In this document: in pieces, positions 1 to 7,191 of the stretch
How the letters are laid out: every line of letters begins with the position of its first letter
Position numbering within the stretch: the stretch's first letter is position 1
The notes under the pieces: model-generated
What the model was told of the DNA's origin: nothing
Database searches by the model: none
What the model saw: the letters and a program-made list of their open reading frames with translations, nothing else
Made by a program: the position numbers and the translations under genes
Origin: a bacterium
Lineage (GTDB): Bacteria; Zhuqueibacterota; Zhuqueibacteria; Oceanimicrobiales; Oceanimicrobiaceae
Reading direction: 5' to 3'
Length of the DNA: 14,841 bases
NCBI GenBank assembly: GCA_046757025.1
Contig: JBHHXN010000130.1
Coordinates: forward strand, 1-14,841

Positions 1-146
1 GTTTATCAACAGTTCACATCTGTTACTCATACCATCGTTCCTGGCTCCCCTCCCGTGTGATACTAACAGGAATTGAGTTTCCCTCACGGTTCGCTCTTTC
101 GACTATTGTCGAGGGCTTCGTTGTCCCCTGAGCTTCAGACCCTGTT
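1..146 (-). mobile_element. Probable group II intron domain I fragment, 5'-truncated, continuing beyond the window start
   Basis: Minus strand reads GGTCTGAAGCTCAGGGGACAACGAAGCC...AACCGTGAGGG...GGTATGAGTAACAGATGTGAACTGTTGATAAAC, a word order I recognise from domain I of bacterial group II introns. There is a small hairpin TCGAC-TATT-GTCGA at 99-112. No GTGCG 5' end is present. Recognised from memory, not searched. Confidence 0.6.
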
Positions 147-251
147 CTGCAGTATAACGGGTTCTCTTAGACATAGAGCAGCCTCCTTTTGGGGTTTTGA
201 ACCACCTTAAAGATAAGCCTTTTTTTGTCAAATTCCAAGAGAGGCATTACA
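142..251 (-). mobile_element. Left end of an IS3-family-like insertion sequence with the first 11 codons of OrfA
   Basis: Minus strand starts TGTAATGCCTCTC...TTTGACA at 251 (IS3-type 5'-TG end), followed by RBS AGGAGG (187-182) and ATG at 174. It encodes MSKRTRYTAEQ, typical of IS3 OrfA N-termini. The frame then runs into intron-like sequence and stops at 105-103. Confidence 0.7.
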
Positions 252-1535
252 GCGATGGCACCAAAACCATTGCCAAGCTCAATCGTTTAATTTTGAACCC
301 AACAGATCAATCGGCATTTACGGATTTTTTTTACCTATAGCCCTTGGAACTATTCTGAATTTCGCCAGGAAATCCGTCGCGCGTTAGTAAAGTGGGTTCT
401 GGGTGACAATCAAACGGCCTTGGAACCCGAACCTTTTTACATAAAAATCGACGATTCCAAAAGCTCCAAGCCCAAAACAAGTTTACATTTTGAAGTCACC
501 GACTGGCATTTCAACACCGCCGAGAACCGAGGTTACGGTTATGGCGTGGTGTTTGTTACCGTTCATATAGCACGCGGTAAACGTTCAACACCTTTGAGCT
601 TAGAACTTTACCTGCGTGAAAAAACCGTACGCCGCATCAATCGCTACCGTGAGAAAGGACGCCGCGTACCGTTCAAAACTAAATATACAATCGTCAGAAG
701 AATTTTGCAACAACTGGCACAACTGATTCCTGAAAATGTGCCAGTCTATGTTCTCTTTGATAGTTGGTATGCAAGTGCAAAACTCATCAAGTTTTGCCGC
801 CGTCACCGATGGCATGTGATTTGTGCACTAAAACGCAACCGAACCTTTCTGAAAAAAGGCAAATCTAAAATGCGGCAGCTATCTCAATGGGCCCGTTATA
901 TTAGAACCAAGGATTTCAAGCCGGTAATGGTGAAATCCTCAGACTCGTCGACCTGTTATTGGGTATGCTCCCTCAAGGGACACCTAAAGGACATCAAACA
1001 CGAAGTCTGTATAATGATTTCCAAAAGGCACCAACGGGACAAAAGTCCTGAGTTCTTCATGACCACCGACCTCTCATTGAGTGTTCAAGAAGCACTGAGT
1101 CGCTATATGCGGCGTTGGGCAGTTGAGATAGACCACTTGTACCTGAAAGTCCGGTTGGGTTTGGGCGATTTCCGCTTGCGTTCCTATGAAGGCATCTCAA
1201 AATATTTTGATCTGGTCTGTATGGCGTTAGCCTACTTGCACTGGCGAAAATTTGAAGAAAATACAGCCGACTTCAAAACTTTGAGCGATGTCATTGCCCT
1301 GCACCGCCAAGAACAGCAGGAAGCTTTTTTGCGCACTTTCTGCCAATGCGTTTTAAACCTCGGCTCTGTAGAGCAAGCACTCAACAAATGGTATAAGCAA
1401 GCGGCATAATCGCACAAAGCGCACAATTTATCAAAACATCTAGACGGGGCAAAGGGTGAATGCGCTTAAAACCAACAAATAGTCGGTTTAAATGACCTAT
1501 TTTTTTAAAGAACAATATATTTTGCCAAACTACAG
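252..1535 (+). mobile_element. IS701/IS4-superfamily-like insertion sequence, left part missing from this window
   Basis: DDE transposase remnant followed by a candidate right terminus TTTGCCAAACTACAG (1521-1535), beyond which sequence is AT-rich intergenic DNA. No matching left inverted repeat is visible. Confidence 0.7.
254..1409 (+). pseudogene. DDE transposase (IS701-like), 5'-interrupted and frameshifted
   Basis: ORF 420-1409 has IDDS, VLFDSWY and YMRRWAVEIDHLYLK motifs. The same frame extends upstream to 333 (TYSPWNYSEFRQEIRR). A second frame at 254-331 (DGTKTIAKLNRLILNPTDQSAFTDFF) joins it if one T is removed from the 8-T run at 325-332. Confidence 0.8.
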
Positions 1536-1699
1536 TATAGTTATGGAAATTGATTCCAAAAAAAGTCTCTAAAATTTCAGCAATTATGATAGTCTTAAAA
1601 TATTTTTTTTACAATTTACAGTAGCTGTTGATGATCAGTGCTCCCATGTATGAAAAGAGTCTCTCTCTGTAATCACAGTTTAACATCCTTCTTACCTAA

Positions 1700-1879
1700 C
1701 CCGGACAAGCCGGAACCAAAAAAAATATTTAATAGCGCACGCAAAGTCGCCGAGACGCAAAGAATACGCAAAGGTTTTCTTTGCAATCCCTTTCGCCTTA
1801 GCGTGAAATCTTTGTTTTTTGGGATTTGAATTTTCATTTCTTGCCAAAAAAGGACAGAATTTGACTTCTCAAATATTAA
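1700..1879. mobile_element. 180-bp non-coding hairpin element flanked by TAA direct repeats (copy 1)
   Basis: TAA at 1697-1699 (within CCTAA) and at 1877-1879. Left motif AAGCCGGAACCAAAA and right motif TTCTTGCCAAAAAA. Three internal ACGCAAAG units (1739, 1755, 1766) with complementary CTTTGC and CTTAGCGTG downstream. Boundaries inferred by comparison with the copy at 6262-6421. Confidence 0.65.
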
Positions 1880-2218
1880 GTTATCACGACTGTTGTAGGA
1901 GTGTATGATTTATCTTCACTAAGAATGAATGAAAAAAAAGAGGTTATGTGATTAGGATAATTTCAATTCTAATCAGGATTGTATTAGATAATGCGCAACT
2001 TGACCGAGCAGTGCACAAATTTTTCAGTTTTGAGAGATTTTGAAATTTAATTGTATCTACTATATTAAGGCCAGTTTCAGGCCGTGGCGGGTGAGTTGAG
2101 AATATTATATTATTACACAGATACTCGCCTGGTCACAAAGTAGTTCAAGTTTACTTCAAAGCAAGGGGTAAAATGATTTTACCCTCCCCAAATACTTTCA
2201 ATGATTGGAGGTACCGTT

Positions 2219-2965
2219 ATGACTCTATTCATATCCATTGCTATCGCCATCGGGGGCACTGTGATAGTCGGAATCGCCTTGCGCGAAATCTTCCGTAGTC
2301 TTAATCCAGCATTATTATCTGGATATCGTCCCTGCAAGGGCGGCTGGTGGGAAGCTGAGCTCAACAATTGCAGTCTCGGTTTGAAAAAGCTTCCTCAGCA
2401 GCCGGTCAATACCTACACCAACGTCGCGTATGTTACCGGCGGTTTGTTCCTCATGTTCACGCTGAATACGCTGCCAACCTACGTCCTTTCCTTAACCTTA
2501 CTCTATCTTTGCGCCGGTTCTGCGTTGTATCACGCAACTTCTACGCGCTGGGCTGGCAGTCTCGACGCCAGCGCCATGTATGCGCTGTTTTCTGCACTGA
2601 CCGCGTACGCTGCTTTCCGTTTTTTGGGTCTGACCGATGCGTTGGCGGCTTTTCTGATGATTTTGGTGGCCACTTTAGCGGGTTATTTTTTGCGCTACAA
2701 ATATCGCGGCAACATGTCGCTCAAGATCGGTGTGTTTTTGGTGCTCACTTATGCTTTCCTGATCTGGAATATGCTGAGAAGCCAGCAGTCGCTTTTGAAC
2801 GCCTATTTGATCGGTTCGTTTGCGCTGTTTGCTGTGGCCTATTTGATCTGGAATCTCGATAAAGCGCGGAGTTTCCCGCTTAGACGCTGGGGGCATGGGC
2901 TTTGGCATGTGCTGACGGCGGCGGCCATCGCCATGCTGTATTACGTGACGCATCAGACGCTTTGA
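2219..2965 (+). CDS. CREST-superfamily (ceramidase-like) multi-pass membrane hydrolase
   Basis: About 7-8 hydrophobic segments with QPVNTYTN, GSALYHA (SxxxH-type), LD and HGLWH (HxxxH) motifs. GGAGG at 2207-2211 favours ATG 2219 over ATG 2201. Confidence 0.8.
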   Translation: MTLFISIAIAIGGTVIVGIALREIFRSLNPALLSGYRPCKGGWWEAELNNCSLGLKKLPQQPVNTYTNVAYVTGGLFLMFTLNTLPTYVLSLTLLYLCAGSALYHATSTRWAGSLDASAMYALFSALTAYAAFRFLGLTDALAAFLMILVATLAGYFLRYKYRGNMSLKIGVFLVLTYAFLIWNMLRSQQSLLNAYLIGSFALFAVAYLIWNLDKARSFPLRRWGHGLWHVLTAAAIAMLYYVTHQTL

Positions 2966-3308
2966 GAGAATCTTCGAGCGGTAAAATCATCATCCACAGT
3001 CGTCCATTTATGCAATCCTGCTTGGCAAACCACCGATTGATTCGACATCCTGCTCTCCATCGTAACTATTCAGGGATTTTCAACGCGGTCGTACTGTAAA
3101 TTGATTTTTCATGTTTATTAACTGGCTGGAATGGCGGTTATCCTGTTTGCTTGGCACTGTTCCAGGATAGTCATACTGAGCAAATTGGATGACCGTAGAA
3201 AGGCATGCATAACCAGTCGTGACTTCTCATTTTAACTATCATGATGAAACGGGACGCCGGCAAAATGACTAATTGGCGATTCCGTGAGACATCATGAAAG
3301 GAGGTAAC

Positions 3309-4427
3309 ATGGTTCCTAAATATAAAGACAATCAACACAAAATTCTGGAGGCGCCGATGACCAACGAGGATCTGGTGCAACTGGACAACAAGTTAGATCA
3401 GGCAGATTCGCCGGAGCTTTTAGAGCTGCGCCGCAATGCCGCGCTTTACATCACGGCTTTGAGCGACGAATTGGATGCGGACGATTTTAAGATGACAAAA
3501 ATCGGTAAAAAAGGCATGTGGTCGTTTCAGCTCGGCAGCAATTTTACGGTAGGTCAACTGGGGGATGAGATCGAGGAGCTGCCGCGTTCCGATGACCTCG
3601 TTTTTGAAGCTGAAAATCTCGATCCGCATATTCCGAGTTGGAGTGGGATTGCCTATCATCCCAAAATAAGCGGGCCACGCGAAGTGCGCTCCATGCGACG
3701 AGTTCGAGGCAGCCGGGTAACGCCGCACTACATCTTTGGTCCGGATGACCGGCAAGTGTACTACCCCAGCGCCTATCCCTGGCGTTGTGTGGGTCGAGTT
3801 TTCGCATGGACCGATCCCAGCAGCCCGGGCCCTTCCTGGTCGGGTGCCGGCGCCCTGGTGGGCAGAAATGTAGTGGTCACAGCCAGTCACGTGGTCCCCT
3901 GGGGTAGCAGCCCCTGGATGATGCAGTTCATCCCGGCTTATTACGATGGCGCCTCTTTGCTGGGCAGCGGGGTTTACTCTTATGTACAATCCGTGCGCGG
4001 GTACAAGAATCACGGCCAGGGTGACGATATGGCGGTGCTTAAATTGTACACGCCGCTGGGAAATACCCTGGGCTGGTTCGGTACCAAAACTTATCACGAC
4101 AGCTGGGAAGACGGCAACTACTGGACGAAATGTGGGTATCCGGGCGCGGTGGCGTTTGGGCAACGTCCCAGCCGCATAACTTGGTTTCCCATCATCGATG
4201 ACGACAACGATGGCGCCGGCGTGGAGCTGGAGTATCGCGCCGATTCCAGCGGCGGCGATTCTGGCGGTCCGGTATTCGGCTGGTGGAGTGGTTTACCTTA
4301 TATAATTGGCGCGCACTCCGGCGGCGAGCAAGAGTACCACTTCCCATTCAGCATCGTCAAAAACAACGTGGCAGCGGGCGGAAGCGCTTTGCCGAATCTG
4401 GTTATCTGGGCGCACAACAACTGGTAA
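3309..4427 (+). CDS. Trypsin-like serine protease (V8/glutamyl endopeptidase-like) with acidic N-terminal extension
   Basis: Catalytic triad motifs TASHV, DMAVLKL and GDSGGP, plus YPWRCVG and GAHSGG. AGGAGG at 3299-3304 favours ATG 3309. Confidence 0.88.
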   Translation: MVPKYKDNQHKILEAPMTNEDLVQLDNKLDQADSPELLELRRNAALYITALSDELDADDFKMTKIGKKGMWSFQLGSNFTVGQLGDEIEELPRSDDLVFEAENLDPHIPSWSGIAYHPKISGPREVRSMRRVRGSRVTPHYIFGPDDRQVYYPSAYPWRCVGRVFAWTDPSSPGPSWSGAGALVGRNVVVTASHVVPWGSSPWMMQFIPAYYDGASLLGSGVYSYVQSVRGYKNHGQGDDMAVLKLYTPLGNTLGWFGTKTYHDSWEDGNYWTKCGYPGAVAFGQRPSRITWFPIIDDDNDGAGVELEYRADSSGGDSGGPVFGWWSGLPYIIGAHSGGEQEYHFPFSIVKNNVAAGGSALPNLVIWAHNNW

Positions 4428-4434
4428 GACGGCT

Positions 4435-4485
4435 CCCACGGCCCGCCGTCAAATGAAAAAATGATGGCGGCCGTGGGTATTTTTT
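4435..4485 (+). terminator. Rho-independent terminator
   Basis: CCCACGGC-C-CGCCGTCA pairs with TGATGGCG-GCCGTGGG and is followed by TATTTTTT, starting 8 nt after the protease stop. Confidence 0.8.
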
Positions 4486-4824
4486 AAACATTCTGTCCGG
4501 ATGTAGTTAACCATCGTCTTTGATGCCTTTTTGTTATCGATATTTTGGGCACGATCCCTTATTTCATCTCACACCATCCAACGGTTTTCATCTCACCTGA
4601 AATTTGTCGGTACGGGACGCTTCTTAGAATTGAGAATTTCAAAAAATATATTCTCATTTTTGAGAGTTTAGGGAGAATAGTGATTTTCGAGTTCAGGAGA
4701 ATCAAAATACCTAAGGTAAATATTTATTGTGACTTAGGGTGCGCTATTCAAGCTGCCAACTCTCTTAAGAATCTGGTATGGTTTTTGACTAAAGTAGAGC
4801 TGGAGATTTAACGCCTGCAGCGCC

Positions 4825-6003
4825 ATGAAAAACAAAATCAGTTCTAAACTCATTTTAGCTGTTGGAAGTGTCGCCATCTTCATCATCTCGATATTTTCCT
4901 ACTTCATCGTCAATTCACAGCGCCAGGCCCTCATTTCACAAATCGAACACAATGCCAATCAATTGAGCGAAACCATCAAAAGCAGCACGAAATACGATAT
5001 GCTGCTCAACCAGCGCCAGCGTGTACATCGCATCATCGACACCATCGGCCAGCAGGAGGGTATCGAAAAAATCCGCATTTTTAACAAAGAAGGGGAGATC
5101 TTCTATTCATCGGATAAAACCGAAATTGGACAGTTGGTGGATAAACAAGCCGAGTCCTGCTACGCCTGCCATCTCGCGGATCAGGCGCTGGAGCGGTTGA
5201 CGATCCCCGAATGTACGCGCACTTTCAACGCAAAAGAAAATGAAAAGAATCTCGGCATCATCAACCCCATATACAACGAGCCCGGTTGCTGGCAGGCATC
5301 CTGTCATGCCCACCAGGTGCAGCAAAAAGTGCTGGGTGTTTTGGACGTCACCATGTCGCTGTGGAAAGTGGAGGAGCAAATCAATGCCGAACAGGCTAAA
5401 TTGGCTTTGTTTGCTTTGAGCGCCATCGTCGCCATCAGCGTTATGCTCTGGTTTCTGGTCCAAAAATTCGTCGGCAAACCGGTTAGCCAATTGGTGGAGG
5501 CTACCGGCAAAGCGGCTGCAGGCCATCTCAATTACAGGATCAAAGTCGTCACCAATGATGAGATGGGACATCTCAGTGATTCTTTCAATGAAATGACCCA
5601 AAAGCTGGCGGAAGCGCAAAGACAACTGGTGCAATCGGACAAGCTGGCTTTACTGGGCCGATTCGCCGCAGGAGTGGCGCATGAAATTAACAACCCGCTG
5701 ACCGGTGTGTTAACCTACAGCAGTTACCTGTTGAAGCGGGTCGATTTTGACGGTGAAAAGAAAAAAGCCCAGGAAGTCATCGTGCGGGAAACCAAGCGCT
5801 GCCGCGAAATCGTGAAAGATTTGCTGGACTTTGCTCGCCAGAATCCATCAAAAAAGATCGATTGTAACGTCATACAGATTATTTTGATGATTTCTGGATC
5901 GACTGTAAAATTTGTCATCATGAAAAAAAAACACCGGTTTTGGCCCAGACGTGTTCCAATTGTCATCACACCTCGCCAGCAAATATTGCGGATGAAACTT
6001 TGA
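4825..6003 (+). pseudogene. Membrane sensor histidine kinase with c-type heme motifs, lacking the ATPase domain
   Basis: TM, then an extracytoplasmic domain with CYACH (5158-5172) and CWQASCH (5287-5307), then TM, HAMP (DEMGHLSDSFNEM) and H-box (AHEINNPL). Kinase-like sequence stops near 5867; no N/G1/F/G2 boxes follow. Confidence 0.85.
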
Positions 6004-6116
6004 GATCCAAGGTGGTTATCCACAAGAATTGCTGGCAATGTCATGAAATTGGCCAGGGCGCGGAAGCCAGCGCCAATTGTGGTTTTTGCCATTCGGGCAA
6101 GAAAAGCCGGTTTTGA
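5868..6116 (+). pseudogene. Tetraheme cytochrome c3-like C-terminal fragment (82 codons, 5' end lost); not in the ORF track
   Basis: Hand translation: RHTDYFDDFWIDCKICHHEKKTPVLAQTCSNCHHTSPANIADETLRSKVVIHKNCWQCHEIGQGAEASANCGFCHSGKKSRF*. It contains four CxxCH motifs and is preceded in frame by TAA 5865-5867. Confidence 0.88.
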
Positions 6117-6169
6117 AATGAACAGGCAGGTTGCACCACTTAACACTCCTGCCTGAAAGGAGGCTGCAA

Positions 6170-7187
6170 TTGGATAGACGAAATTTTTTAAAATTAGCCG
6201 GCGCGGCTGGCACCGCTCTGGCTAGCCAGAAACTCAACGCAGAAGAGGCAGTAAAGCCTAATGCAGCGAAAAGCCGCAAACCGAAAAGCGAAATTCGCAA
6301 AAAGGAATTCCAGAGTTGGCTTGTCTATTTCAAAATCTATAGACGACGAATTTCGGTTTCCGGTTTTCGATTTTTATTTTTCTTGGCAAAAAAATGCAAA
6401 AGTTCAGAAGTAATACTATAAAGAATTTGTGGGTGTGCTGGTGGATACGACCCGCTGTATCGGCTGCCGTTCCTGCGAGAGAGCCTGCTCGGAAGCTCAC
6501 GATCTCTTCGTGCCGGATATCGAAAACGATTTGGCCCTGGAAAATGAGCGGCAGACCAGCGAAAAACAATGGACCGTAGTCAATCGTTATGAAACAGAAA
6601 AAGGGCAAGTGTTTGTCAAAAGACAATGCTTGCACTGCTGGCAGCCGGCCTGCGCCGCGGCTTGTTTGACCAATGCCATGTACAAAACCAAAGACGGGCC
6701 GGTTATCTGGAGATCCGACAAGTGCATGGGTTGTCGATTTTGCATGGTTTCCTGCCCTTTTAACATTCCAAAATTTGAGTACCATGAATGGAATCCTAAA
6801 ATCCAGAAGTGCAATATGTGCTGGGAACGGCTGCAGCAGGGCAAAAAGCCGGCTTGTATCGCAGCCTGCCCCACCGATGCGTTGATGTTCGGTATGAAGC
6901 GAGACTTGATGGAAGTCGCCCGCGTGCGGGTTTACCACCATCCCACAAAATATGTACACCAAATTTACGGAGAACACGAAGTTGGCGGCACCGGCTGGCT
7001 GTATCTGTCGGCGGTTCCGTTTGAGCAGTTGGGATTCCGCACCGATTTGGGAACCACGCCGTACCCAGAATATACCAGAGATTTTTTGTATGCGGTACCC
7101 GTCATTCTGTTTGGATTCCCAGCTTTGCTGCGGGGGCTGAGCTTTTTAACCGACAACAAAGAAGAGGAAGCTGATCAGGAAGGGTAA
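6170..7187 (+). pseudogene. HybA/HmcB-like 4x[4Fe-4S] protein with Tat signal, interrupted by a 160-bp insertion
   Basis: AGGAGG 6158-6163 and TTG 6170 give MDRRNFLKLAGAAGTALA (twin-arginine). The body (6423-7187, different frame) has CIGCRSCERAC, CLHCWQPACAAAC, CMGCRFCMVSC, CNMC...CIAAC, YGEHEVGGTGWLYLS and a C-terminal TM. Removing 6262-6421 gives a 285-aa ORF. Confidence 0.88.
6262..6421. mobile_element. 160-bp non-coding hairpin element flanked by TAA direct repeats (copy 2)
   Basis: TAA at 6259-6261 (within CCTAA) and at 6419-6421. Internal 18/20 inverted repeat at 6278-6297 and 6347-6366. End motifs AAGCCGCAAACCGAAAA and TTCTTGGCAAAAAAA. Removal restores the host reading frame. Confidence 0.85.
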
Positions 7188-7191
7188 TCAA

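Noticed and set aside
147..160. CTGCAGT as the left inverted repeat of the IS701-like element
   Set aside because: Only 6 of 7 bases match CTGTAGT with no further match, and the bases are explained as IS3 OrfA codons.
1739..1773. ACGCAAAG repeats as a CRISPR array
   Set aside because: Units are 8 bp with 3-8 bp gaps, they form part of a hairpin, and no cas genes are present.
3116..3223. Long hairpin as an integron attC site
   Set aside because: The ends do not match RYYYAAC and GTTRRRY, and no integrase is present.
4545..4811. 88-aa ORF here, plus 1638-1829, 6131-6421 as a whole, 10561-10773 and the antisense or overlapping ORFs in the track
   Set aside because: They lack RBS or motif support, and most are shadows of well-supported genes or read through the non-coding elements.
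5850..5867. A-AAA-AAG slippery heptamer as a programmed -1 frameshift fusing kinase and cytochrome
   Set aside because: The -1 frame is the cytochrome frame, but it meets TAA at 5865-5867 before the cytochrome codons.
6262..6421. Insert as a group I or group II intron
   Set aside because: It is very short and has no recognisable P/Q/R/S core, terminal G, GUGYG start or domain V. GTTCAGA...ACTATA resembles the group I R element only superficially.
6413..6431. +1 frameshift at CTA-TAA or restart at GTG 6429 rescuing the Fe-S gene
   Set aside because: CTA to TAT re-pairing is poor and there is no RF2-like signal. GTG 6429 has no clear RBS and would give a product without the Tat signal.
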